Shown here piece by piece: positions 1-12,533 of a stretch of 64,000 nucleotides of DNA; position 1 is the stretch's first letter; each line of letters begins with the position of its first letter. Source of the DNA: Bermanella sp. (GTDB taxonomy: Bacteria > Pseudomonadota > Gammaproteobacteria > Pseudomonadales > Oceanobacteraceae); contig JAGDZK010000015.1 in NCBI GenBank assembly GCA_049115935.1, forward strand, positions 27,135-91,134, given 5' to 3'. Below the pieces are notes generated by a model. It saw only the letters and a program-made list of their open reading frames with translations, was not told the origin of the DNA and made no database searches. Position numbers and translations under genes: made by a program.

Positions 1-893
1 GGATCGGTGCGCATAGTGCGAATCTTACGCTCAACTTCAGCGGGTTCTTCACGAATGCTAATGGTATTGCCATAAGATTTAGACATTTTAGCGCCATCTA
101 AACCCGGCATTTTTGATTCAGGGGTTAATAGAGCTTGAGGCTCTGGCAAGATAACTTTACCGCCCCCTTCTAGGTAACCCATTAAGCGTTCTTTATCGCC
201 TAGCGTGATATTTTGCTGTTCTTTTAACAGTGCCTGAGCGGTTGCCAGTGCTTCGCCATCACCACCCTCGGTGTAACGTTTACGCAATGTGGTATATAAC
301 TTAGCGGCTTTTTTGCCCATTTTTTTAACGGCGGCTTCTGCGTTTTCTTCAAAACCCGGCTCACGGCCAAACACATAGTTAAAACGACGAGCTATTTCAC
401 GGGTAATTTCAACGTGAGCCACTTGGTCAGCACCCACTGGCACCATGCCAGCGCGATAAAGCAGAATATCCGCACTTTGTAATAGCGGATACCCTAAGAA
501 ACCATAGGTAGCCAGATCTTTTTCTTTAAGCTTTTCTTGCTGATCTTTATAGGTAGGTACGCGCTCTAACCAACCTAGCGGTGTAATCATAGAAAGAAGA
601 AGGTGAAGTTCAGCATGTTCAGGCACTTTGCTTTGCAAGAATAAGGTGGCGCTACCTGGGTTAACCCCAGCCGCTAGCCAGTCTACAACCATGTCCCATA
701 CGCTGCGCTCCATCACACTTGGATCGTCATAATGGGTGGTTAATGCGTGCCAATCGGCCACAAAGAAGAAGCACTCATATTCGTGCTGCAACTTTACCCA
801 ATTCTTAAGCACGCCGTGATAATGGCCTAAATGTAATTTTCCAGTCGGTCGCATGCCAGAAAGCACACGTTGCTGAGAGTCAACAGAACTCAA
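1..893 (-). CDS. trpS: Tryptophanyl-tRNA synthetase (long-insert type), 3' end beyond window start
   Basis: Manual translation from TTG at 893 (AGGAG RBS upstream): SSVDSQQRVLSGMRPTGKLHLGH (HIGH motif) ... GAKMSKSYGN (KMSKS). Not in the ORF track because it is truncated. Confidence 0.95.
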   Translation of the reverse strand, partial: MSSVDSQQRVLSGMRPTGKLHLGHYHGVLKNWVKLQHEYECFFFVADWHALTTHYDDPSVMERSVWDMVVDWLAAGVNPGSATLFLQSKVPEHAELHLLLSMITPLGWLERVPTYKDQQEKLKEKDLATYGFLGYPLLQSADILLYRAGMVPVGADQVAHVEITREIARRFNYVFGREPGFEENAEAAVKKMGKKAAKLYTTLRKRYTEGGDGEALATAQALLKEQQNITLGDKERLMGYLEGGGKVILPEPQALLTPESKMPGLDGAKMSKSYGNTISIREEPAEVERKIRTMRTD

Positions 894-1024
894 AGCCTTC
901 TCCTAATACAACAAAGTAAAGTTCGGAAGTTTACCGATGAAGGCGGCTAAAAACTACTGATTAACAAGAAAAAAGCCTACTGTGACCACTCTTTGGTACG
1001 ACAAAAAAGCATTAGCTATAAGGA

Positions 1025-1645
1025 TTAGTCTAATTCTTCCATTTGACCCACACCTTGACGGGTAATTTCGTAGCTATCACCCGTCATATCCACCACGGTT
1101 GTGGCCTCAATGCCGCAATAGCCACCATCAATAACCAAATCAACGGCATGTTCTAACATTTGGCGAATCTCATAAGGGTCTGACAATGGCATATCGTCCC
1201 CAGGCATAATGAGCGAGGTAGACAATATGGGTTCACCTAACTCTTCTAATAACGCACTGACAATATTGTTATTAGGCACACGAATGCCAATGGTGCGCTT
1301 TTTCGGATTCATTAAGCGCCTTGGTACTTCACGGGTGCCATCTAATATAAAGGTGAATGCCCCAGGTGTATGAGCCTTTAGCAGCCTGTAAGCGGTGTTA
1401 TCGACCTTGCCATAGGTGCCAATCTCAGCCAAATCACGGCACATTAAGGTGAAGTTATGCTTATCGCTTAGTTGTCGAATTTGCTTAACACGCTCTAATG
1501 CGCGCTTATCTTCTAACTGACAAGCCAGTGCATAAGCACAATCTGTTGGGATGATCGCTAAACCACCGCCACGAATAATTTCAGCTGCCTGTTTAATAAG
1601 ACGTGCTTGGGGATTATCTGGGTGTATCTGAAAAAACTGGCTCAT
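1025..1645 (-). CDS. yciO: Sua5/YciO/YrdC family (L-threonylcarbamoyladenylate synthase-like) protein
   Basis: MSQFFQIHPDNPQARLI N-terminus, IIPTDCAYAL, KRTIGIRVP, STSL motifs; adjacent to a PHP gene as in enterics and Pseudomonas. Confidence 0.92.
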   Translation of the reverse strand: MSQFFQIHPDNPQARLIKQAAEIIRGGGLAIIPTDCAYALACQLEDKRALERVKQIRQLSDKHNFTLMCRDLAEIGTYGKVDNTAYRLLKAHTPGAFTFILDGTREVPRRLMNPKKRTIGIRVPNNNIVSALLEELGEPILSTSLIMPGDDMPLSDPYEIRQMLEHAVDLVIDGGYCGIEATTVVDMTGDSYEITRQGVGQMEELD

Positions 1646-1703
1646 AAGGGCATCCTTGGCTGTATTTGGTTAAGTTTAGTCGAGCCCTAAGGCCGTGCTT
1701 AGA

Positions 1704-2528
1704 TTATTGCCAATGACTCCAAACAGGCATCACCGATGATGCCATGGGTACAAACTTACCCAGCTCAGACCAAGGCCTTGGCCCATGAAAGTCACTGCCT
1801 TGACTGCCTAGAAAATTAAACTCATCGCATAGCTGAGCCATGCGTTTGCTAAAACTGGACTCCATCCCACCGGTTGTGACTTCTAAGCCATTGCCGCCAG
1901 CCTCACTAAATGCCTTGAGCAACAATTTAAGCTTGGTCCCCGTCAGTTTGTATTTATCAGGGTGTGCCACCACAGCCACACCGCCACTTTCACGAATCCA
2001 GCTGACCACTTCACTCATGTCAGGCCAAAGGGTTTTCACATCACCTGCCTTGCCTGCACCTAAGTATTTTTTAAATGCTTGAGCCATATTATTTACTTTA
2101 CCTAAATCAATGAGAGCCTGAGCAAAGTGTGGCCGCCCAATTTGGGCGCCATTGGCGATCTCAACCGCCTTCTCCCAGATACCTTCAACACCCTGCTTTT
2201 CAAGCTTTTTTGCAATGGTTTTAGCGCGCTCAAATCGACAATGCTCTTGACGCTCAACCGCAGCCTGCATCACAGGGTGCTGCTCATCAAATCCTAAACC
2301 CACAATATGAATGCCGATGCCATTCCAAACACTTGAAAACTCTATACCACTGACGATCTGCATATCATGTTTTTGTGCTTGCTGGCGCGCTTCGTCAATA
2401 CCGGCAAGGGTGTCATGGTCAGTAAGCGCCAACATGGTCACGCCGTGCTCGGCAGCACGATCCACCAAGTCACTAGGGCTTAGTTGGCCGTCGCTTTTTA
2501 AACTATGGCAATGTAAGTCGGCTAACAT
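1704..2528 (-). CDS. yciV: PHP domain protein (YciV/TrpH, RNase AM-like)
   Basis: DLHCHSLKSDG, LALTDHD, GRPHFA, AVVAHP, GSDFHG metal-binding motifs. Confidence 0.9.
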   Translation of the reverse strand: MLADLHCHSLKSDGQLSPSDLVDRAAEHGVTMLALTDHDTLAGIDEARQQAQKHDMQIVSGIEFSSVWNGIGIHIVGLGFDEQHPVMQAAVERQEHCRFERAKTIAKKLEKQGVEGIWEKAVEIANGAQIGRPHFAQALIDLGKVNNMAQAFKKYLGAGKAGDVKTLWPDMSEVVSWIRESGGVAVVAHPDKYKLTGTKLKLLLKAFSEAGGNGLEVTTGGMESSFSKRMAQLCDEFNFLGSQGSDFHGPRPWSELGKFVPMASSVMPVWSHWQ

Positions 2529-2568
2529 ATGACACTCTCCATTGGGTGATTGAGGCGATTAGCTGGCA

Positions 2569-3333
2569 TTATTGCTCAACAATGACATCTTCAAGGGTTA
2601 AACCCGTCAGCTTTTTAATGCTGCGAAATAAGTAAAACAAAGCAGCCATCATGACGATGGTGGCCGGTATAGAAATAACAGGGAAGCTTAACGCCGTCAT
2701 CTTACCCAGCTCTTCATTAAACGCGGCCGTGCCCGCAGGGCTGACAATTATCCACTTAGCTAACGCATAGTTTAAAAAAGAGGATAAAAAGAACGAACCC
2801 GCAACCAACCAAGAAGCCACTTTTAGACTCTGCTCAAATGCATGTTCGGTTTTGTGCTGCTCAAGGGCCTGAGCAATGCGATCAACCCTAAGGATTTTAT
2901 CGTTATACAAAAACGTCTTAACCAGTGGGAAACGGGTTTTTAGTGATAAAACCGTCACTAGACCCAGAATACCGGGAATAGCGGCTTCTTTAATGGCGAT
3001 ATATTCAGGGTCAAGTTGCAACAAACTAATGCCACCGGTGAGCAAAATACTAAATACACCTAACGCGGAAAATACATTGACCTTACCGGCACGCTTAAAA
3101 TCATGAATCCCATACAAAATAGGAAATGCCAAAGCCACGATAATAGCCAATTGAATACCGTGCTCTTGATAAAACAGCCCAAAAGATAAGCCTGTTTGCG
3201 CATCAAGGCCTTGTAGCTGAGCTAACAACCACGGGCTTTCACTGCCCTTCATTAAAATAAGGGTTGGAATCACAATATTAAGCAATAAATTGGCTAACAT
3301 GCTTTCTTTTTTTACGTTGGTTTGCTGACTCAT
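2569..3333 (-). CDS. VC0807-family / YciB-like inner membrane protein
   Basis: Multiple TM segments; LLLNIVIPTLIL, IAIKEAAIPG and FNEELGKMTALSFPVI motifs resemble the VC0807 family. Confidence 0.7.
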   Translation of the reverse strand: MSQQTNVKKESMLANLLLNIVIPTLILMKGSESPWLLAQLQGLDAQTGLSFGLFYQEHGIQLAIIVALAFPILYGIHDFKRAGKVNVFSALGVFSILLTGGISLLQLDPEYIAIKEAAIPGILGLVTVLSLKTRFPLVKTFLYNDKILRVDRIAQALEQHKTEHAFEQSLKVASWLVAGSFFLSSFLNYALAKWIIVSPAGTAAFNEELGKMTALSFPVISIPATIVMMAALFYLFRSIKKLTGLTLEDVIVEQ

Positions 3334-3474
3334 AAATGACTACTTCGTGATCGTTATACCCGCTATTTTAAGCTTTAACGCCTTGATGTCGAGCCAAGTT
3401 TAAGCAGCGGTTGGTTATTCCTATTTTTCGCGGTAGGATTGTGGGCAAATTTCACAGTGAAAATAATAAATTCC

Positions 3475-3774
3475 ATGTTATACGCCATTATTTCTCAAGA
3501 CGTTGCCAATAGCTTAGAAAAGCGCCTAGCAGCTCGCCCTGCTCACCTTGAACGCCTACAATTATTACAACAACAAGGTCGCTTAATTCTAGCTGGCCCA
3601 CACCCTGCCATTGATAGCGAAGACCCAGGTCAAGATGGCTTTACAGGCAGTTTAGTCGTGGCAGAATTTGACAGTTTAGAGCAAGCACAAGCTTGGGCCG
3701 ATGTTGACCCATACATAGAAGCGGGTGTTTACGAAAAAGTAACCGTGAAGCCGTTCAAGAAAGTTTTACCATAA
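3475..3774 (+). CDS. yciI: YciI family protein
   Basis: MLYAIISQD...RPAHLERL...AGPHPAID...GSLVVAEF...DPY; likely start is ATG 3475 rather than GTG 3439. Confidence 0.92.
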   Translation: MLYAIISQDVANSLEKRLAARPAHLERLQLLQQQGRLILAGPHPAIDSEDPGQDGFTGSLVVAEFDSLEQAQAWADVDPYIEAGVYEKVTVKPFKKVLP

Positions 3775-3829
3775 ACCAGTAAACTACCCGTTTACACTCA
3801 ACGAATAATAAACACACAGGAAGCGCAAA

Positions 3830-4489
3830 GTGAAACGTATTACACTTTTTATACTGACATTATTAGTGCTATACCCAGCGGTAGCCGAAAAACGTTACAT
3901 CAGCGATGAGCTATGGATCAACTTACGCAGCGGCCCTGCCAATGACTATAAAATTCTTAAGATCTTAAAAAGCGGCACACACCTTCAGTTAATTGAAACC
4001 AATGAAGAAGCAAAATTCTCCAAAGTAATCACCGATAAAGGCTTAGAAGGCTGGGTACCAACTCGCTTTATTCAGGACGAGCCCATCTCTTTTGAAAAAC
4101 TAATCCTTACCAAGCGTGAACTAGATAAAACAAAAGCAGATTTAACAGAACTGCAAAACAAGTTTAACGAAACCAAAAAAGTACTGGCTGAAACCAAGCG
4201 CACCGCAGGTGACTTAAGCGAGGACAAATCTGAGCAAGAAAAAGAATTAGAATACATCAAAAAAGTAAGCGCCAACGCCATCAACCTTGATAAGAAAAAC
4301 CAAGAGTTATTGGAGCAAGGTGAACAGCTTAAAATCACCGTTGACACCCTACGCGCTGAAAACGAACGCCTACAAAACAGCAAAGATGTTAGCTACATTC
4401 TTGTGGGTGGCGGCTTAATTTTGCTTGGCCTTTTCCTTGGCTGGTTATTACCTAAATTGTCTGGTCGTCGCAGCGATACTTGGGCATAA
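3830..4489 (+). CDS. TIGR04211-like SH3 domain protein (signal peptide, SH3b, coiled coil, C-terminal TM)
   Basis: RYISDELWINLRSGP...EGWVPTRF SH3 signature; C-terminal TM anchor (YgiM-like). Confidence 0.85.
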   Translation: MKRITLFILTLLVLYPAVAEKRYISDELWINLRSGPANDYKILKILKSGTHLQLIETNEEAKFSKVITDKGLEGWVPTRFIQDEPISFEKLILTKRELDKTKADLTELQNKFNETKKVLAETKRTAGDLSEDKSEQEKELEYIKKVSANAINLDKKNQELLEQGEQLKITVDTLRAENERLQNSKDVSYILVGGGLILLGLFLGWLLPKLSGRRSDTWA

Positions 4490-4501
4490 CATAAGTTAAC
4501 C

Positions 4502-4547
4502 AAAAGCCAGTACTGCCCATATTTAAGGAGCAAGTACTGGCTTTTTT
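4502..4547 (+). terminator. Intrinsic terminator
   Basis: AAAAGCCAGTACT...AGTACTGGCTTTT 13-bp stem followed by a T run. Confidence 0.75.
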
Positions 4548-4569
4548 GTCATTAAATTTTGGAATTAAT

Positions 4570-5184
4570 ATGAATAATTTACTTCTAACTTTCGTACTTT
4601 TTTGCATGGCGAACCTTGCCTTTGCTGAAACAGCAGCACCTACAAACGCACAACAAGCATCAACACCGAGTGCAGACATTGCCAAACCATACGCAACTTT
4701 AGTTACCAACCAAGGTGATATCACTCTAGAGTTGTTACCTGAAAAAGCGCCTATTTCTGTGGCGAATTTTTTAAGCTACGCAAATGATGGTTTTTACAAT
4801 GGCGTGATTTTTCATCGAGTCATCAAGGACTTCATGATTCAAACGGGTGGTTTCACTGAAAACATGGTACGTAAAGCGGTTAAAGAACCCATTAAAAACG
4901 AAGCCGATAATGGTGTTTTCAATAATCGTGGCACCGTTGCCATGGCTCGCACCGCACAAGTTAACAGTGCTACCAGCCAGTTTTTCATCAACACTAAAAA
5001 CAATCATTTTTTAAACAATGGTTTTCGTGACTTTGGTTACGCTGTGTTTGCTAATGTAGTGAGCGGCATGGAAGTGGTAGACGCAATCAACCTAGTTGAA
5101 ACCAGTCGTACTCGTGGCATGTCAGACGTACCCGTTGAGCCAATCATTATCAAAGAAGTTAAGATCAGCTACACCAAACCTTAG
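4570..5184 (+). CDS. ppiA: Periplasmic cyclophilin-type peptidyl-prolyl isomerase
   Basis: FYNGVIFHRVIKDFMIQTGG, RGTVAMART, SATSQFFIN, GYAVF; signal peptide from ATG 4570. Confidence 0.92.
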   Translation: MNNLLLTFVLFCMANLAFAETAAPTNAQQASTPSADIAKPYATLVTNQGDITLELLPEKAPISVANFLSYANDGFYNGVIFHRVIKDFMIQTGGFTENMVRKAVKEPIKNEADNGVFNNRGTVAMARTAQVNSATSQFFINTKNNHFLNNGFRDFGYAVFANVVSGMEVVDAINLVETSRTRGMSDVPVEPIIIKEVKISYTKP

Positions 5185-5315
5185 TTGCCTTTAAGCTTTG
5201 GCCTTGTGAACGATTTGCTTTTGCTTTTCGTTCACAACCAAGTCATAACAAGCAAGCTACTACCCAGAAACGTTCCCTGTTAAAATACCTCTTCGCGAAA
5301 TTTCAAAAGCTCACT

Positions 5316-7331
5316 ATGATCAAGCAAGCACAAATCCAGTGGTCGAACGGTTCTCCTGTTTCAACCGAATTTGACGATGTCTACTTTTCGCAAACAAGCG
5401 GTATTGATGAGACTCGATATGTGTTTTTGCAGCATAATGCTTTACCACAGCGCTGGTTAGAAAATCCAAAAGACACCCACACCATCGCTGAAACAGGCTT
5501 TGGCACGGGTTTGAATTTGTTATGCGCTTGGCAACAATGGCAAGAGCACAGCCAAGCCAATCAAACCCTGCACTTTGTGAGTGTTGAAAAATACCCCCTT
5601 GCACATGGAAGCTTAAAACAAGCCTTACAACAATGGCCAGAGCTTAAAGAATTCAGCGATGCATTATTAAGTGTTTACCCTCCTCTTGTGTCTGGCTGGC
5701 ACACAATTAAATTACCGTTTATAAAACCAGACACTGGCGCCGTGGTTCTTCATTTATATTTAGGGGATATCAATGATTGGCTAAGCCAAATGACAGCCAA
5801 AGTAGATACTTGGTTTTTAGATGGCTTTGCACCGTCTAAAAATCCAGATATGTGGGGGCCACAGCTATATCATGCAATGGCCCGCCTAAGTGATCACACC
5901 ACAACCATGGCTACATTTACAGCCGCTGGTGATGTGCGCAGAGGTTTAAAAGCCGCAGGTTTTACCACACACAAAGCAAAGGGGTTTGGTAAAAAAAGAG
6001 AAATGCTTTATGGCGAATTCACTGCATCTCAAGGCCCTATACCACCCACTTGGTTAAATGATAAACCTTGGTTTTCACCTGATATAAAAATTCCAGTTTC
6101 AAAAAAACACGCCATTGTGATTGGCGCAGGCATAGCCGGTTGCGCCAGTGCATATTCACTGGCCACACGGGGCTGGAAAGTCACATTAATAGATCAACAT
6201 AAATGTGTAGCCAATGGCGCTTCAGGCAATGCTCAAGGTGTGTTGTATGCAAAGCTGGCTAGTGACATGAACATACAAAGTGAATTTTATTTAGCGGGTT
6301 ATCTTTATAGTTTGCAGCTTCTAAAGCACGTAATGCCTGACAAAAAAAATTGGGATAACTGCGGCGTGTTACAATTGGCTTTTAGTGAAAAAGAACATAA
6401 ACGCCAGCAACAGTTTTGTGAAAAATTTGATTTAAATGATGTGGTGGTTGCAGTTGATAAACAGCAGGCAAGTGAACTGGCTGGCACACCGCTTAATCAC
6501 AGTGGCTTATATTTTAAAGACGGTGCATGGGTGCACCCTACTGCATGGTGCGAGGCTTTAGTTGATCACCCTAACATTGAATTTTTCTCCGAACACAAAG
6601 CCAGCAAACTCATGCAAGATGAGAAATCACTCTGGCATTTAACCGTCGAATCTACAGATTCTAACTCACAAGTGACAGCAAAAGAATTAACAGCAGATAG
6701 TGTGATTATATGCAGCGCCCATGATACCAATAAGCTTGAGCAATTATCATTTTTGCCCACCAAACCCATTGCAGGCCAAGTCACACAAACCCCAGCACAA
6801 GACATGAAGCTGAATATGGTTTTATGCGGCGACAGCTACGTCACACCCGCCCACAACCATGCACTCAATTTTGGCGCGACTTATCGCTTAAAATCAGAAA
6901 ACTGCGATATTACACAGGCGGATCACGAAGAAAACCTAGCGAAACTCAATAAAAATTTTCCCTCCGTGGCACAACAACTTAATCAACACGAGCCAGCAAA
7001 AGGCCGTGTTTCTGTGCGCTGCACCACCCCAGATTATGTGCCTATTGTCGGGAATGTATGTGATAACTTAGGGTTCAAACAACGTTTTGCCGAATTAAAT
7101 AAAAGCAAACATTGGCGGTTTTTTGAAGCCGCACCATTTTTAAAAGGTCTATATCTAAATATTGGTCATGGCTCTCGAGGCTTAAGTTCAGCACCACTGT
7201 GTGCCGAATTAATTGCTGCACAAATGAATAATGAACCTTGGCCAATCACCAAGAGCCAAACTCAAATGCTAAGCCCCAACCGCTTTTTAGTAAACCAAGT
7301 GATTAAGGGCGAAGCTGCTACTGATCGTTAG
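5316..7331 (+). CDS. mnmC: Bifunctional tRNA mnm5s2U34 methyltransferase / FAD-dependent oxidoreductase
   Basis: FDDVYFS, ETGFGTGLN, WFLDGFAPSKNPDMW, GAGIAG, GHGSRGL motifs. Confidence 0.97.
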   Translation: MIKQAQIQWSNGSPVSTEFDDVYFSQTSGIDETRYVFLQHNALPQRWLENPKDTHTIAETGFGTGLNLLCAWQQWQEHSQANQTLHFVSVEKYPLAHGSLKQALQQWPELKEFSDALLSVYPPLVSGWHTIKLPFIKPDTGAVVLHLYLGDINDWLSQMTAKVDTWFLDGFAPSKNPDMWGPQLYHAMARLSDHTTTMATFTAAGDVRRGLKAAGFTTHKAKGFGKKREMLYGEFTASQGPIPPTWLNDKPWFSPDIKIPVSKKHAIVIGAGIAGCASAYSLATRGWKVTLIDQHKCVANGASGNAQGVLYAKLASDMNIQSEFYLAGYLYSLQLLKHVMPDKKNWDNCGVLQLAFSEKEHKRQQQFCEKFDLNDVVVAVDKQQASELAGTPLNHSGLYFKDGAWVHPTAWCEALVDHPNIEFFSEHKASKLMQDEKSLWHLTVESTDSNSQVTAKELTADSVIICSAHDTNKLEQLSFLPTKPIAGQVTQTPAQDMKLNMVLCGDSYVTPAHNHALNFGATYRLKSENCDITQADHEENLAKLNKNFPSVAQQLNQHEPAKGRVSVRCTTPDYVPIVGNVCDNLGFKQRFAELNKSKHWRFFEAAPFLKGLYLNIGHGSRGLSSAPLCAELIAAQMNNEPWPITKSQTQMLSPNRFLVNQVIKGEAATDR

Positions 7332-7527
7332 CGGCTTGATCTTTAGGCTGGGAAAAGGGTAATACGTGATTTTTTGCTGTCATTCGATTTTGTCGAATGG
7401 CAATCATCACCTCAGATATTTGCTCACACTGCTTACGAGTGGCTGCTAATTGCAGCTGCAAGTCATCTGCACAGGTGAATAAATCCTTTATCACCTTTTG
7501 AAATTTGTACGCATGTAAATGGGTCAT
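7318..7527 (-). CDS. Small hypothetical protein (69 aa, helical)
   Basis: AAGGAG RBS precedes ATG 7527 (MTHLHAY...); 3' end overlaps the mnmC end by 14 bp. Confidence 0.5.
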   Translation of the reverse strand: MTHLHAYKFQKVIKDLFTCADDLQLQLAATRKQCEQISEVMIAIRQNRMTAKNHVLPFSQPKDQAANDQ

Positions 7528-7603
7528 GCTTGGCTCCTTTGTGGCCTTACTTTCAGGGTAGTCCTGAACCACTAAGGCGCGCCAGCAAACATAACTAAAT
7601 AGG

Positions 7604-7840
7604 CTAACTAAGCTGATCTTTATGCAGGATTGATACAGACTGACTATCGTGATCAAACACAATCACTGCCACACCTGATTTTAATTGATTCAATACCTGC
7701 TGGCGCTTTTGATCCATGGTGTATTCCTGTAACCCATAATCCGTACCTTCACGATTTATGAAGTCTTCAATTACGCCATCCAAGGCTTCTTGGCTAAGTT
7801 GGGAATAAAGAATCGAGGTGTACTGAAAACCATCGCTCAT
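7604..7840 (-). CDS. yheU: YheU family (UPF0270) protein
   Basis: LSQEALDGVIEDFINREGTDYG...QVLNQLKSGVAVIVFD...SVSI. Confidence 0.85.
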   Translation of the reverse strand: MSDGFQYTSILYSQLSQEALDGVIEDFINREGTDYGLQEYTMDQKRQQVLNQLKSGVAVIVFDHDSQSVSILHKDQLS

Positions 7841-7880
7841 ACTGCACCATAGAGAAAAACAGAAAGGGTAAGTGGCAAGC

Positions 7881-8321
7881 TTACTTCATGAACGCAGCTT
7901 CGCGCTCCCACTCACATTTCACACGCAAGTCACCGCTATTTGGGATATGGCAACCGCGACTAACAGGCTCCCAGTGAAAGGTATGTTTACCACTTAATTC
8001 GGTTTCAAGATGAACAGTGGCACTTACCCAATACATTTGGCCAAGTAACTCTTCAAATTTTTGCATCCAACGCTCCCACTCATACTCAACCGCACGATAA
8101 GATGCGCCAAAGTGTATGAGTTGGGTATGATAAGAGCCGCTAAATACATCCAACCCCGGAAGCGTAAACATATCGCCACATAAAAACGGGGAATTCACAT
8201 CAAGGGTTTGCGGTAAATCCAATAAAGCACCGCTGTTGACCATGCGTCGCTTCTCGCCGTCATGCTCTGGTGCCGACGGTACATCCTTGATAATGCCATA
8301 AACGATAGATTCTTGATCCAC
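7881..8321 (-). CDS. Conserved hypothetical protein
   Basis: 146-aa ORF co-oriented with neighbours; LIHFGASYRAVEYEW...YWVSATVHLETE looks like a genuine conserved gammaproteobacterial protein. Confidence 0.7.
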   Translation of the reverse strand: MDQESIVYGIIKDVPSAPEHDGEKRRMVNSGALLDLPQTLDVNSPFLCGDMFTLPGLDVFSGSYHTQLIHFGASYRAVEYEWERWMQKFEELLGQMYWVSATVHLETELSGKHTFHWEPVSRGCHIPNSGDLRVKCEWEREAAFMK

Positions 8322-8396
8322 TACCGATCCCTTATATTAATAACTAACTGCATGGCCATTAAATACCAAAAACAAAAGCAATGCACCTATCTGTAT

Positions 8397-11109
<2,713 letters not shown>

Positions 11110-12507
11110 CTACTTTTTGTGCGACAAATGCTTACGGGAAAATTCACGAACCCGATTACGGTAATGCTCAAGTGTTTGTGGCGTTAAACCACTATGGGTA
11201 TCGTCATGCAATGTGGCATCGAAATTACGGGCAAATACCAGTGCCACTTCGGCCATGGCATCAAAAGCTTCCATCGGTTTATCAGGGCCGGGCAAACTCA
11301 TAAACAAACTAATGCCAGGGGTTACCAATTCATTCATGGTATTCAAATTAAAAGTACCCGGTTCAATGGCATTCACCACACTAAACTGAATCTTGCCTTG
11401 TGCATTGGCTTTTTCAAATCGATGAAATATATCCATTTCACCATGGCGCATGTCACATACTTTAAACACATGCTGTAAATCTTGGCCGCGTAGACCTTTA
11501 CCATCTTGCTTTAAGATATTAATGACAAAGATTTCTTGCGCGGCTTCGCGCTCAGATAATTTTTCACCCACTGGCAATGCTTGTACGTCTTCTATGTACT
11601 CCATTAACAAATCCGGTTTTTCAGGAGCGGGGGTTGGCTCTTCTTCAATTGCATAGACAGGCTCATCTTGCAAAGTTTGCTGAATAAACTCTGGTAGCAC
11701 TAATTCATGCTGCTTTGGTGGATTAGGGTCAACCTTTTGCCCAAGCTCCACTGGCTCCATCAATACCGGTACTGGCTCTTTGTCATCAATGGTTAACTCT
11801 TCTTCGTGTGCGACAACAGGCTCACTGGTTTTGTCACTTGCCTCTTGCTTCACTTTTGCAAGCTGTGCTGCTAATGCTTCTTTACTAACCCGCTTGGGGG
11901 ATTCACGCACAACGTCCGCTTTAGGCGCTGTAGATTTAGATAAAACCGTCGATGCTCTTGCAGCTTGCTCGGTATTAACCGTGTCTATTTTATTGTTAAC
12001 GTTAGTTGTAGAAGCCACTTGGCTACGCTTAGCGACGATTTGATCGGATGTATCATCCGCTAACACATCATCGCATGCACTGAAGTGTTCAAATTCATCT
12101 TCTTGTTTTTCTACTGACGGGTTGTGTTCTTTGGCTACTACATCAACCTCAGCTTCTTTTTGCGGTTGCAAAACTTCAAACACAGGTGAGTTTGTATCGT
12201 CAACTTCTGGGGTTTCTGGGTTTTCATCCACTTTAACTGAATGTTCAACCTTTGACTTAACATGTGCAAATGATGGCTCTAACGTCTCACCAAAAGCCTG
12301 TTGCAGGATTTCATCTTTGATTTCTAAATCATCAAAAGCAGGCAACTCTTCGCTTTCAGATATGGCATCTAAAGCGTCAAAGCTGTCTAGTGATGGATTC
12401 AGTTGATTCGCACGTGCAGCACGAACTTTCTTCACGCCATCCCAAACTATAAAGCCGATGACGATCACACCAACCACTAGGATAAAACTGTGTAAACTAA
12501 TATCCAT
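11110..12507 (-). CDS. zipA: Cell division protein ZipA
   Basis: N-terminal TM, long acidic/Pro-rich linker, C-terminal FtsZ-binding domain (GEMDIFHR, PGISLFM); smc-zipA-ligA synteny. Confidence 0.92.
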   Translation of the reverse strand: MDISLHSFILVVGVIVIGFIVWDGVKKVRAARANQLNPSLDSFDALDAISESEELPAFDDLEIKDEILQQAFGETLEPSFAHVKSKVEHSVKVDENPETPEVDDTNSPVFEVLQPQKEAEVDVVAKEHNPSVEKQEDEFEHFSACDDVLADDTSDQIVAKRSQVASTTNVNNKIDTVNTEQAARASTVLSKSTAPKADVVRESPKRVSKEALAAQLAKVKQEASDKTSEPVVAHEEELTIDDKEPVPVLMEPVELGQKVDPNPPKQHELVLPEFIQQTLQDEPVYAIEEEPTPAPEKPDLLMEYIEDVQALPVGEKLSEREAAQEIFVINILKQDGKGLRGQDLQHVFKVCDMRHGEMDIFHRFEKANAQGKIQFSVVNAIEPGTFNLNTMNELVTPGISLFMSLPGPDKPMEAFDAMAEVALVFARNFDATLHDDTHSGLTPQTLEHYRNRVREFSRKHLSHKK

Positions 12508-12533
12508 GAGTTATATTCTTTTCATTTAAAAAT

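Noticed and set aside
6-33. GGTGCGCATA resembling the XerC arm of dif
   Set aside because: No XerD arm follows; it falls inside trpS coding sequence (…MRTDP).
130-400. Large insertion in TrpS before KMSKS
   Set aside because: This is a known long TrpS variant in Pseudomonas and Betaproteobacteria, so it is not novel.
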